From: Bacteroidales bacterium
GTDB taxonomy: Bacteria > Bacteroidota > Bacteroidia > Bacteroidales > VadinHA17
NCBI GenBank assembly: GCA_024763075.1
Contig: JANTGF010000007.1
Location: forward strand, 17,879-81,878
DNA length: 64,000 bases
Direction of reading: 5' to 3'
Below, in pieces: positions 27,905-37,413 of this stretch. Each line of letters starts with the position of its first letter. The stretch's first letter is position 1. The translations under genes and the position numbers were made by a program. Below the pieces are notes generated by a model. The model was given only the letters and a program-made list of their open reading frames with translations, had not been told where the DNA came from and ran no database searches.

Positions 27905-28531
27905 ATGACTACGAATCATTTTCCTTCGAAATTACTTGAAAATGCAGTGAATGAATTTGCAAACCTGCCGGGTATTGGGAAAAAAACTGCTTTAAGACTG
28001 GTACTGGCTCTTCTCCGTCAGGACAAAGAAGATGTCATTAATTTTGGTAAAACTTTTATTGAATTGAAAGAAAACATACATTATTGCAAAAGCTGCAATA
28101 ATATTTCTGACGCTGAGTTGTGTGGTATTTGTTCAAATCCGGCCCGGGATCACCAGACAGTTTGTGTTGTGGAAAATATCAGGGATGTAATGGCTGTGGA
28201 AAGCACCCATCAGTACCATGGAATATACCATGTGCTTGGTGGAATTATTTCTCCCATGGATGGCATAGGCCCCGATGATCTGGAGATTAGTCTGCTTGAA
28301 AATAAAATTACAAACTCAGGGATAAAAGAAATTATCCTGGCTTTAAGCACTACAATGGAGGGAGATACAACAAATTTCTATCTGTTTAAGAAATTTAGTA
28401 AATATCCGGTTAAAATGACCACCATCGCACGCGGAGTTTCCATTGGAGACGAACTTGAATATGCCGATGAAATAACCCTTGGGCGATCCATACTTAACCG
28501 GACTCCCATGGATGATATTATTTCTTTTTGA
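27905..28531 (+). CDS. recR: recombination protein RecR
   Basis: [12 protein letters not shown] helix-hairpin-helix, a C4 zinc finger [16 protein letters not shown] and a Toprim domain. Start chosen at Met19 of track ORF 27851..28531. Confidence 0.9.
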   Translation: MTTNHFPSKLLENAVNEFANLPGIGKKTALRLVLALLRQDKEDVINFGKTFIELKENIHYCKSCNNISDAELCGICSNPARDHQTVCVVENIRDVMAVESTHQYHGIYHVLGGIISPMDGIGPDDLEISLLENKITNSGIKEIILALSTTMEGDTTNFYLFKKFSKYPVKMTTIARGVSIGDELEYADEITLGRSILNRTPMDDIISF

Positions 28532-28572
28532 GCAACAGATGGTGAATTATTATTAAATTCCCGAATCTGTAT

Positions 28573-28580
28573 TATCTTTG
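28573..28580 (+). promoter_or_regulatory. Bacteroidota -7 box TATCTTTG
   Basis: TAnnTTTG match 23 nt upstream of the ATG at 28603. Confidence 0.4.
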
Positions 28581-28602
28581 AATGTAATATTTCCCAATAC
28601 CA

Positions 28603-30567
28603 ATGGACCTATCCGTAATTATTGTCAATTATAATGTCAAGTTTTTTCTTGAACAATGTCTTTATTCTGTAAAGAAATCTCTTTCGGGGATTGATGGAGA
28701 AGTCATCATTATTGATAATAACTCAGTTGACGATTCTGTCCAGATGTTAAAAGATAAGTTTCCGGAGTATATTTTGATCGAAAACAAGAAGAATGTTGGT
28801 TTTTCCAAAGCCAATAATCAGGGGATCAGGGAGTCCAGGGGGAAATTTGTACTATTACTGAATCCTGACACTGTTATTCAGGAAGATACACTAAGCAAAT
28901 GCCTTACATTCATGGAATCCCATCCGGATGCCGGGGCCCTTGGAGTTAAAATGATTGATGGAAAAGGAAGGTTCCTGCCTGAATCAAAAAGGGCTCTTCC
29001 AAAACCCGATGTTGCCTTTTATAAAATTTTCGGACTTTCACGTTTGTTTCCCAAATCACCTATTTTCGGAAAATACAACCTGGGATATTTAAATCCTGAT
29101 GAAATAAATGAAATTGAAATCTTACCGGGTGCCTTTATGTTTATACGCACAGCTGCCCTGAATGAAACCGGTTTACTGGATGAAGCATTTTTTATGTATG
29201 GTGAGGATATTGACCTCTCCTACCGGATCATTTTAAGTGGGTATAAAAATTACTATTTCCCTGAAACAACTATTATCCATTACAAAGGGGAAAGTACAAA
29301 GAAGGGCAGCCTGAATTATGTGAAGATATTTTACAAGGCAATGTTGATCTTTGCCCAAAAACACTTCTCCAAAAGAAAGGCAAAACTCTTTTCCATCATT
29401 ATTAAAATAGCCATCTATTTCAGGGCAGGTCTTTCGATTATGAAAAGAGTTTTCAATAGTACTCTGATGCCATTCCTTGACTTTATTTTTATTTACCTGG
29501 GTTTCCTTATCATCATTCCCTGGTGGGAAAAGAAACTCTTTGACGGAGGCAGATATCCCCCTGAATTCCTTTATTACATTGTACCCGGATACATCTTAAT
29601 ATGGATACTAACAAACTTATTATATGGCGGTTACGATAAGCCGGTTAGGATAGTAAGACATATCACAGGTTTACTGGCAGGAAGTACTGTCATACTTATC
29701 ATTTACGCTTTGCTGCCTTTGGATCTGCGTTTTTCAAGAGTGTTAATCCTGATGGGAACCTTATGGGCTATTGTTTCAACAGTTTTGCTCAGGTTTGTAT
29801 TGAATTTCTTTGGGAAAGATTCTTTTAAAATCTATCATGCTAAGGATAAAAAATTACTGATTGCCGGAAGTCAGTCAGAAATAGAAAGGATTCTGGGACT
29901 AATAAATGAGGTGAATCTTAAGCCCAAAGAGGTTTATTACGCATCCCCACCTGATTCGAAACCATTGCCCGGCCATAAAGGCAATTTTAACCAGATCCCT
30001 GAAATTGTACATTTTTATAATCTGGATGAAGTCATTTTTTCAGCAAAAGATATTCCATCAAAAGAAATTATAACTAAAATGGTTCAAATGTCAGGAATGC
30101 CTCATCTGGAATTCAAAATTGCTCCGCCTTCAAGCTATTCGGTAATCGGCAGCAATTCTATTCATTCAGCCGGGGACTTATATTTTATTGACATTAATTC
30201 CATAAGTAAGCCCAGAAACCGCAGGCTGAAACGTCTTTTTGATTTAATTGTTTCCCTGGTGTTCATTCCTTTCTATCCTCTTCTTTTCTTATTTATTGAA
30301 AGCCCTCTGGGGTTTCTGAGGAATATTTTTTTCGTGCTTTCAGGTAAAAAATCCTGGGTTGGTTACAATCTTGGAAAAATTTCAGATGGTGAATACCTGC
30401 CGATTATAAAACCGGGTATACTCACGCCGGTTGACACCATTAAGATTAAAGAGTCAGGTTACAGTAAGGTAGCTGATTCTATGAATGTTGCTTATGCCAG
30501 AAACTATAAAATACTAACTGATTTTATGGTTATTTTTAAAGGATATAAATATTTAGGCAGACAATAG
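28603..30567 (+). CDS. GT2 glycosyltransferase fused to a multi-TM region and a degenerate sugar-phosphotransferase-like C-terminus
   Basis: N-terminal GT2 motifs are SVIIVNYN, DNNSVDDS, LLNPD and EDIDLSYR. About six TM helices follow. The C-terminus is RLKRLFDLIVSLVF...LSGKKSWVGY...IKPGILTP. This resembles the start and end of a Bac_transf domain but lacks KFRTM and the DE of DELPQ. Confidence 0.75.
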   Translation: MDLSVIIVNYNVKFFLEQCLYSVKKSLSGIDGEVIIIDNNSVDDSVQMLKDKFPEYILIENKKNVGFSKANNQGIRESRGKFVLLLNPDTVIQEDTLSKCLTFMESHPDAGALGVKMIDGKGRFLPESKRALPKPDVAFYKIFGLSRLFPKSPIFGKYNLGYLNPDEINEIEILPGAFMFIRTAALNETGLLDEAFFMYGEDIDLSYRIILSGYKNYYFPETTIIHYKGESTKKGSLNYVKIFYKAMLIFAQKHFSKRKAKLFSIIIKIAIYFRAGLSIMKRVFNSTLMPFLDFIFIYLGFLIIIPWWEKKLFDGGRYPPEFLYYIVPGYILIWILTNLLYGGYDKPVRIVRHITGLLAGSTVILIIYALLPLDLRFSRVLILMGTLWAIVSTVLLRFVLNFFGKDSFKIYHAKDKKLLIAGSQSEIERILGLINEVNLKPKEVYYASPPDSKPLPGHKGNFNQIPEIVHFYNLDEVIFSAKDIPSKEIITKMVQMSGMPHLEFKIAPPSSYSVIGSNSIHSAGDLYFIDINSISKPRNRRLKRLFDLIVSLVFIPFYPLLFLFIESPLGFLRNIFFVLSGKKSWVGYNLGKISDGEYLPIIKPGILTPVDTIKIKESGYSKVADSMNVAYARNYKILTDFMVIFKGYKYLGRQ

Positions 30568-30590
30568 AATTATTTTTGACTTTTTTTTTA

Positions 30591-30598
30591 TATTTTTG
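30591..30598 (+). promoter_or_regulatory. Bacteroidota -7 box TATTTTTG (a second copy at 30571-30578)
   Basis: TAnnTTTG matches 30 and 50 nt upstream of the ATG at 30628. A T9 run lies between them. Confidence 0.4.
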
Positions 30599-30627
30599 TC
30601 TATTATTTAGACTAAATAAAAACTTGT

Positions 30628-31983
30628 ATGGCAAAGACAGAAATACCATTACCTACTATGGGTGAGGGAGTTATTGAAGCAACAATTACTAAATGGTTGG
30701 TAAATGTTGGCGATCATGTTGAAGAAGATGACTCTTTAGTAGAAGTTGCAACAGACAAAGTGGACTCTGAGATACCCGCTCCACAGGCAGGGATTGTAAA
30801 GGAATTGCTTTTTAATGAGGGAGACGTCCCTAAAGTTGGAACTACTTTGTTAATCCTTGAAACAGAAGGTACCCAGGATGCAGCAGAGAATCCACTAGTT
30901 CTTGAGGAAGTTAAAAGGCTTACCCTCACCGGTGGAACTGATGAAGATAAACCGGAGAAGGAAACTTCTGTTAAAGAAATCAAGGAAATGAACTCAAAAG
31001 TTCAGGTTAAGGGAACAAGCACTTCCGGGAAATTCCTTTCACCGCTTGTCCGTAATATAGCTGCTGCAGAACATATTCCTGCATCAGAGCTGGAAAATCT
31101 TCAGGGAACCGGGAAAAACGGTCGAATTACAAAAAACGACTTGTTAGCCTATATTGAAGACCGGAAAACCCAAAAAGAAGAAATTAAGGAAACCCCCAAA
31201 CCGGTAGAAGTGGAAGTATCTCCTTCTCCAAAACAGGAACCAGTAGTAGTTGAAAAGAAAATTGTGGCCGAAAGTGGTGATGAGATTATTGAGATGGACC
31301 GAATAAGAAAGCTTATTGCTAACCACATGGTAGCTTCCAAGAAAACATCCCCCCATGTTACATCTTTTATTGAAGCGGATGTTACCAACATGGTTTTGTG
31401 GAGGAGCAGAATAAAAGAGGATTTTTTCCAAAAGGAAAATCAAAAAATTACTTTCACACCGTTATTTATTGAAGCCACAGCAAAAGCAATCAGGGATTTT
31501 CCCATGGTAAATGTTTCTGTTGACGGTGACCATATCATAAAAAAGAAAAAAATTAACATAGGAATGGCCACTGCTCTCCCATCCGGGAATCTAATTGTTC
31601 CCGTGATAAAAAATGCAGATGAAAGAAATCTGATTGGATTGGTTAAATCCGTGAACGACCTTGCAAACAGGGCAAGAGAAAACAAACTTACCCCGGATGA
31701 GATATCCGGTGGAACTTTAACCATCACTAATTTTGGAACTTTTCAAAACCTTACAGGCACACCCATTATCAACCAGCCAGAAGTTGCCATTTTGGGTGTG
31801 GGAGCTATTGTTAAGAAACCTGCTGTTATTGAAACCGAAGCAGGGGATGCGATAGCCATCCGACACATTATGATCCTCTCTTTGTCATACGATCACCGGG
31901 TTGTGGACGGTGCGTTGGGTGGAATGTTCCTGAAAAGGGTTGCTGAATATCTGGAGAACTTTGATCTGAACCGGGGTTTTTGA
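30628..31983 (+). CDS. 2-oxoacid dehydrogenase complex E2 (dihydrolipoyllysine-residue acyltransferase)
   Basis: Lipoyl domain with EVATDKVDSE, a PSBD-like segment (LSPLVRNIAAAEHI) and a catalytic domain with SYDHRVVDG. Confidence 0.9.
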   Translation: MAKTEIPLPTMGEGVIEATITKWLVNVGDHVEEDDSLVEVATDKVDSEIPAPQAGIVKELLFNEGDVPKVGTTLLILETEGTQDAAENPLVLEEVKRLTLTGGTDEDKPEKETSVKEIKEMNSKVQVKGTSTSGKFLSPLVRNIAAAEHIPASELENLQGTGKNGRITKNDLLAYIEDRKTQKEEIKETPKPVEVEVSPSPKQEPVVVEKKIVAESGDEIIEMDRIRKLIANHMVASKKTSPHVTSFIEADVTNMVLWRSRIKEDFFQKENQKITFTPLFIEATAKAIRDFPMVNVSVDGDHIIKKKKINIGMATALPSGNLIVPVIKNADERNLIGLVKSVNDLANRARENKLTPDEISGGTLTITNFGTFQNLTGTPIINQPEVAILGVGAIVKKPAVIETEAGDAIAIRHIMILSLSYDHRVVDGALGGMFLKRVAEYLENFDLNRGF

Positions 31984-32343
31984 AAATTCAGATTTTCTTT
32001 CCTCTTGTTGCATGTAGAAATGTTTTTAAACTAAGTTATTTCCAATATAAATGATTTCAGAGATAGCCTTTCTCTGTTTTTCAATTGGCACAGTTAACCG
32101 GGGGAACTTGCTCCTTTTGCATATTCTCTCTTATATCTAAAATGTGGATACATTCCCGGCAAAACCGAAGGGAAGATTAACAATCATAAACTATTTACTT
32201 GAATAACAGTACTTCAAATCCAGATTGAAATTTCCGGATTCTCCCGAAATCAGTCTTTTCTAAATATTTGAATTCCTCCTTTTTAAATAATATTTTACTT
32301 CTCGTAACCATTTAACTCACAAATTCGTAAGTAAAGTATTACA

Positions 32344-32362
32344 AATTTGAATCGTTCAAATT
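32344..32362. promoter_or_regulatory. perfect palindrome AATTTGAA-TCG-TTCAAATT upstream of the paralog array
   Basis: Read directly; lies 32 nt upstream of the ATG at 32394. ACAAATT(C/T)G also occurs twice, about 21 nt apart (32319 and 32341). Confidence 0.35.
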
Positions 32363-32393
32363 CTTTTATTTCTCAGGAATTAACAATAACTGT

Positions 32394-35258
32394 ATGAAAA
32401 GGATCATCCTTACGCTTTCTTTTGGTTTTGTAATCATGCTGTTTTCGGCACATGGACAAAAAAAATCAGAATTAAAGGCTTTGTTTGTTGAAGCAGAATC
32501 ATATTTTCTCTTTGAAGAGTATAATGAAGCGCTTCCCATTTACCAGAAATTGACAAAAACTGATCCTGAAAATGCCAATCTAAAATATCGTATTGGCAGA
32601 TGTTACCTGAATTTGCCCGGAGAAAAAAGCCAGTCTTTAAGTTACCTGGAGGAAGCCGTAAAAAACATTACTTTAAGATACAAAGAAGGGTCCTTTCGTG
32701 AAAAAGAAGCTCCCAGTGATGCTTATTTTTATCTTGCAGATGCATACAGAATTAATAATCAGCTGGATAAGGCAATTGAAACATATAATTATTTCAAGGA
32801 AAACTCCAACGAAAAGGATTACGATTTCTCCGTTATTGATTATCAGATTCAAACATGCTACAATGCAAAAAAGTTAATGAAAAGGCCATTATACATAAAA
32901 TACACAAATCTTGGCGAGAACATTAACTCCCGGTTTTCAGACTACAACCCAATTGTTTCGGGAGATGAAAAAACCCTCATATTTACCCGGAAATTACAAT
33001 TTTATGACGCTGTATTTTACTCGGTCAAGAAAAACGGCGAATGGGCCCCTCCTACCAACCTCACCCCTGAGCTTTCAATAGATCAGGATTTTTACTCAAC
33101 ATCTATTTCATATGATGGGAAAAGACTTTATCTGTACAAAAATGATGAATATGACGGGAATATTTATCAGAGTGATTTGGTAAATGGGAAATGGAATCCT
33201 GTTGTAAGGCTAAACAACAACATCAACACAAAATACTGGGAGTCCCACGCGTGTGAAACAAAAGATGGAAATACCCTTTACTTTACAAGTAACCGTAAAG
33301 GTGGTTTTGGCGGACTTGATATATACAAATCAGAAAAGGATGAGGCAGGTAACTGGGGGCCACCGGTAAATATGGGCCCGAATATCAATACTGAATACAA
33401 TGAAGATACCCCGTTTATTACCCCCGATGGAAAAACCCTGTATTTCAGTTCTTACGGTCACTTTAGTATGGGAGGATATGACATTTTTTATTCTTCACTT
33501 TTTGAAAACGGAGAATGGAGTACTCCACTAAATATGGGGTACCCGATCAATACAACCGACGATGACCTGTTTTATATGCCAACCGGAGAGGGTTACTTTG
33601 CCTATTATTCCATGTTCTCAGAGACGGGTTACGGCAAAAAAGATATTTTTCATCTGGAGATATATTCGGATGAACATCCAAGGAAATTTCTGGTTCATGG
33701 TCTGGTTTCTCTTGACAGGATAATTCAAGGATCACCTACACCTATTTTGGTTACCATTTCTGATTCTGATCAAAACGAGCCCGTCGATTCAATGTTCGCA
33801 CTTTCAGATGGGAAATATAGTTTCCTTGTTCCTGCAGGAAATTATGAACTGGACTATAAGGCAGATGGATTTCAATCTGAGACTAAGAAAATAGCAGTAA
33901 GCGCTGACCAGGAAGAATCCGAAATTACCATGTCTGCTACGCAACTGATGCTCATGGATCTTACTGCAGAAATCGAGTTTATGGACAGTAGTATTAATCT
34001 GCTCGATGACACTATTATTATTAACCTGAGTGTTGAACCGGGTGCCATTTTACTGGTTGAGGTATTTGAAGATACAAGCCTGATATCTTCAGAAGAATAC
34101 TATATGACCGATAGTACATTTGAATACAGGTACGTTTCAGAGCCGGGGCAAAAGGAAATTCTGTTTACCTTAACTGACAAGCCCGGAAATACTAAAACTG
34201 TAAAACGGATTATTGCCGTTCCTTATGTAGTTCCTCCTGCAGAAACAGAGGAGGAACCTGTTGTTCCTCTGGAATTAAGTGCTTTCAAAGTACCACTGGA
34301 TGTTATTACTTTCAGGAATCGTATCAATAGTTATGCCCAGGGACCGGTGAAAACTGAAATCCGGAGTATTGACCTGGCAGAAGAAGAAATTTCGAGTCCA
34401 AAAGAACTTGTCAGCTTGCTAAAGTCAAACGGAAGGGATGCAGGTTACTCTGATAATGATATCGATGACCTGTTGTGGACAACTGCAGCAAGAGGTGGAA
34501 ACCATGCGGGAAGATTTATCAGATATATGAAGGAAACCACTGCTCATGAATTTGGAGGAATCCTTGACACGATCGACTTTAACGACAGTAAAATTAGAAC
34601 CATTGAAGATATCCGTTCCTTAATTTCATCGCAGATTGAAACAGGTACCCTTAGTAAGGAAGTGGTCCTGAATGGTTTAATAAAAATAATTCTTGCTGAC
34701 CAGGTAGTTAACTTCCACAACAATCTGGACCAGGCTGCTCAGGGTCATCTCAAAGATGTGCTTTCATCTATTGATACGGAAGAAAAGGGAATTTATTCAT
34801 CTTACGAATTGGTAAGGTTCCTTCTTGACAATGCTGAGTTACTTGGTTTCTCAGAGGAAGAACTGGCAATTTTACTTGCCAAACTGGCTGCAAATGGAAA
34901 CCCGGATGTACATGATTTTAAAACAAATCTGACTCCATTTACCAGCAGTGGGCTTAAAACCTGCCTTTATGGCCTGGATCTTGATGAAGAAAATATTAAA
35001 ACAATTCCGGAATTCATAAAATTACTTCTGAACAATAAAGGTAATTGTAATTACACAACTACAGATCTTTTTAACGCTTTAATTGACATGATCTCTGAAA
35101 CAGATATCGATATGAGCAGAGTAAAAGATATAATTATTGAAGAAGGAAATCAAACAAATCCTGCCAGACAAATATTCTTCTGGTTAGGTGGATTAGCCGG
35201 TTTATTCCTGATTTTCTTTTTCTATCGAAGAAGAAAAAAGAAAAAAGAAAACGAATAG
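32394..35258 (+). CDS. envelope protein: signal peptide + TPR + PD40/TolB-like propeller + Ig-like modules + 4x repeat + C-terminal TM anchor (paralog 1)
   Basis: 954 aa with signal MKRIILTLSFGFVIMLFSAHG|Q. TPR motif NANLKYRIGRCYLNLPGEKSQSLSYLEEAVKN. PD40 motifs ESHACETKDGNTLYFTSNRKGGFGGLDIYK, GGYDIFYS and YPINTTDDDLFY. C-terminal TM IFFWLGGLAGLFLIFFFY is followed by RRRKKKKENE. Confidence 0.7.
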   Translation: MKRIILTLSFGFVIMLFSAHGQKKSELKALFVEAESYFLFEEYNEALPIYQKLTKTDPENANLKYRIGRCYLNLPGEKSQSLSYLEEAVKNITLRYKEGSFREKEAPSDAYFYLADAYRINNQLDKAIETYNYFKENSNEKDYDFSVIDYQIQTCYNAKKLMKRPLYIKYTNLGENINSRFSDYNPIVSGDEKTLIFTRKLQFYDAVFYSVKKNGEWAPPTNLTPELSIDQDFYSTSISYDGKRLYLYKNDEYDGNIYQSDLVNGKWNPVVRLNNNINTKYWESHACETKDGNTLYFTSNRKGGFGGLDIYKSEKDEAGNWGPPVNMGPNINTEYNEDTPFITPDGKTLYFSSYGHFSMGGYDIFYSSLFENGEWSTPLNMGYPINTTDDDLFYMPTGEGYFAYYSMFSETGYGKKDIFHLEIYSDEHPRKFLVHGLVSLDRIIQGSPTPILVTISDSDQNEPVDSMFALSDGKYSFLVPAGNYELDYKADGFQSETKKIAVSADQEESEITMSATQLMLMDLTAEIEFMDSSINLLDDTIIINLSVEPGAILLVEVFEDTSLISSEEYYMTDSTFEYRYVSEPGQKEILFTLTDKPGNTKTVKRIIAVPYVVPPAETEEEPVVPLELSAFKVPLDVITFRNRINSYAQGPVKTEIRSIDLAEEEISSPKELVSLLKSNGRDAGYSDNDIDDLLWTTAARGGNHAGRFIRYMKETTAHEFGGILDTIDFNDSKIRTIEDIRSLISSQIETGTLSKEVVLNGLIKIILADQVVNFHNNLDQAAQGHLKDVLSSIDTEEKGIYSSYELVRFLLDNAELLGFSEEELAILLAKLAANGNPDVHDFKTNLTPFTSSGLKTCLYGLDLDEENIKTIPEFIKLLLNNKGNCNYTTTDLFNALIDMISETDIDMSRVKDIIIEEGNQTNPARQIFFWLGGLAGLFLIFFFYRRRKKKKENE

Positions 35259-35273
35259 TGAATAATAAACCAC

Positions 35274-35325
35274 AAAAAAAATCCGATTTAGTAACTTAAA
35301 CTTAATCGGATTTTTCTTTTTTTTG
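35274..35325 (+). terminator. strong rho-independent terminator after paralog 1
   Basis: ATCCGATT (35281-35288) pairs with AATCGGAT (35304-35311). It is preceded by A8 and followed by TTTTTCTTTTTTTT. Confidence 0.75.
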
Positions 35326-35358
35326 CATGTTCATGTTATAACATATCAATTAAATTCT

Positions 35359-35366
35359 TAAATTTG
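35359..35366 (+). promoter_or_regulatory. Bacteroidota -7 box TAAATTTG
   Basis: TAnnTTTG match 18-24 nt upstream of the ATGs at 35384 and 35390, immediately after the terminator. Confidence 0.45.
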
Positions 35367-35389
35367 TTTAATTGAAAAATTATATGCTC

Positions 35390-37366
35390 ATGAAAAACCA
35401 ATTATTATCCCTAGTTTTATTACTATTAAGCTTAAGTGCTTTTTCTCAGAACCAAAAAGATATTAAAGAAGCTTTTCTGGATGGTGAGTACTTCCTTGCT
35501 TATGATGAATATATTGATGCTCTGCCATTTTATAAAAAGGTTTATGATGTAAACCCCGAAAATGCCAATATAAACTATAAGTTGGGTCTTTGTTATTTAA
35601 ACATTCCCGGGCAAAAAAGCCAGGCCATTCCATATTTGCTTAAAGCTGTCAAAAACGTATCAGCTGATTATAAAGAAGGAAATTATAAGGAGGTTTCAGC
35701 TCCTGTTGATGCATATTTCTTCCTTGGAAATGCTTATCAGATACAAAATAACCTGGTAGATGCTGAGAAGAACTATAAAATTTATCTGGGCTATCTGGAT
35801 CCTTCGGATACCACGAATATTAATTTTGTAAACCAAAACATCCTTTCTTGTCAATATGCCAGTGAGATCATAGAGAACAGGGTGTATTTTGAGCTTAAGA
35901 ATATCGGAAAAGTAATAAATACAGCTTCAAATGACTTTGATGCTGTAGTTTCAGGTGACGGTACCACGCTTGTGTATATATCTTCATTAAAGTTTTATGA
36001 TGCCCTTTTTTATTCAAGAAAAAATTCAAAGGGTGAATGGGGGTTCCCGGTGAACATTACTCCTGATATAAAATCCGATGGGGACTACTACCCTACTGGA
36101 ATCTCATACAAGGGGGACTCACTGCTACTTTCCAGAAATGACAACTTCAACAGTGACCTGTACATTAGTGTAATTAAAGATGGTCAATGGACCCCGGCCA
36201 CCAAACTCGGTGGTAATATTAACTCCAAGTTCTGGGAATCTCATGCATCTTTCTCCAAAGATGGTAAAACAATCTTTTTCACCAGCAACCGTGCAGGCGG
36301 TCATGGAGGTCTGGACATTTACAAAACAGAAATACAAAGTGATGGAACATGGGGCAAACCTGTTAATCTGGGACCAACCATCAACAGCCAGTTCAATGAA
36401 GAAACTCCTTTCATTTCTGATGACATGAAGACCTTATTCTTCTCTTCTCAGGGACATAAAACAATGGGAGGTTTTGATATATTCAGTTCTGAAATTGGGG
36501 CCAATGGACAATGGCAGGAACCTGAAAACATAGGGTATCCAATCAATAGTACCGATGATGACTTGTTTTTCATTCCGATGAACAATGGTATTGGTGGCTA
36601 CTTTTCGTTTGCTGGCGGAGATCCTAATTATGGTCAGAATGATATTTATTACCTAAATATTTTCTCAGACAAAAATCCAAGGGCAGTTGAAATCCGGGGT
36701 AGAGTTATTCTGGCCGGAGCTGAATCCAATAAACCTGTAAAAGTTAGTATTCAGGGAGGTTCCACTGATTCTCCAATTATGAAGTCAACTGTTACTGAGA
36801 ATGGCAATTTCGTCTTTTCCTCAAATGTTCCGGGAACATACAACATGAAAATAGAAAGTGATGGCTACATTTCAGAGACCCGGTCTTTTAATCTTCCTGC
36901 AAATTATTCTTTAGGTGAGATTGTACTTAACTCTGAACTAAGCAGAGTTGAACCGGAGAAAGTTATTTTGAAGAATGTTTATTTTGGATTTGCCAGTTCA
37001 AAAATCTCACCAGAAGAAGCACAGAAATTAAATCATATCGTTAACATTCTGAATGAAAACACCAACTTCTCAATTGAAGTTGCCGGGTTTACTGATGCTT
37101 TAGGTCCGGCTTCCTACAATAAGGTTCTTTCTGAGAAAAGAGCAAAAGCTGTTTCTGATTACCTTATTAAGAAAGGAATCAGTGCTAAAAGGGTGGCAAT
37201 TAAAGGTTATGGTGAAACGAACTTCATTGCAATAAATAAAAAACCCGATGGTTCGGATGCACCGGAAGGCAGAAAATACAATAGAAGGGTTGAGTTCCAT
37301 ATTACTGCTGGTGATAAAATCTTTATTATTGAATCTGAAGTTCCGGCTTCTTTGAAGAAAAAGTAA
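35390..37366 (+). CDS. envelope protein: TPR + PD40/TolB-like propeller + CarboxypepD_reg-like + OmpA-like peptidoglycan-binding domain (paralog 2)
   Basis: Track ORF is 35372..37366 (TTG). The ATG at 35390 gives MKNQLLSLVLLLLSLSAFS|Q. PD40 motif ESHASFSKDGKTIFFTSNRAGGHGGLDIYK. OmpA_C motifs FGFASSKI, GFTDALGPASYNKVLSEKRAKAV and NRRVEF. Confidence 0.75.
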   Translation: MKNQLLSLVLLLLSLSAFSQNQKDIKEAFLDGEYFLAYDEYIDALPFYKKVYDVNPENANINYKLGLCYLNIPGQKSQAIPYLLKAVKNVSADYKEGNYKEVSAPVDAYFFLGNAYQIQNNLVDAEKNYKIYLGYLDPSDTTNINFVNQNILSCQYASEIIENRVYFELKNIGKVINTASNDFDAVVSGDGTTLVYISSLKFYDALFYSRKNSKGEWGFPVNITPDIKSDGDYYPTGISYKGDSLLLSRNDNFNSDLYISVIKDGQWTPATKLGGNINSKFWESHASFSKDGKTIFFTSNRAGGHGGLDIYKTEIQSDGTWGKPVNLGPTINSQFNEETPFISDDMKTLFFSSQGHKTMGGFDIFSSEIGANGQWQEPENIGYPINSTDDDLFFIPMNNGIGGYFSFAGGDPNYGQNDIYYLNIFSDKNPRAVEIRGRVILAGAESNKPVKVSIQGGSTDSPIMKSTVTENGNFVFSSNVPGTYNMKIESDGYISETRSFNLPANYSLGEIVLNSELSRVEPEKVILKNVYFGFASSKISPEEAQKLNHIVNILNENTNFSIEVAGFTDALGPASYNKVLSEKRAKAVSDYLIKKGISAKRVAIKGYGETNFIAINKKPDGSDAPEGRKYNRRVEFHITAGDKIFIIESEVPASLKKK

Positions 37367-37413
37367 GAATTATCCGAAACCAGCTTTATTTATTTTTTCA
37401 AAATCAAGCTCCT

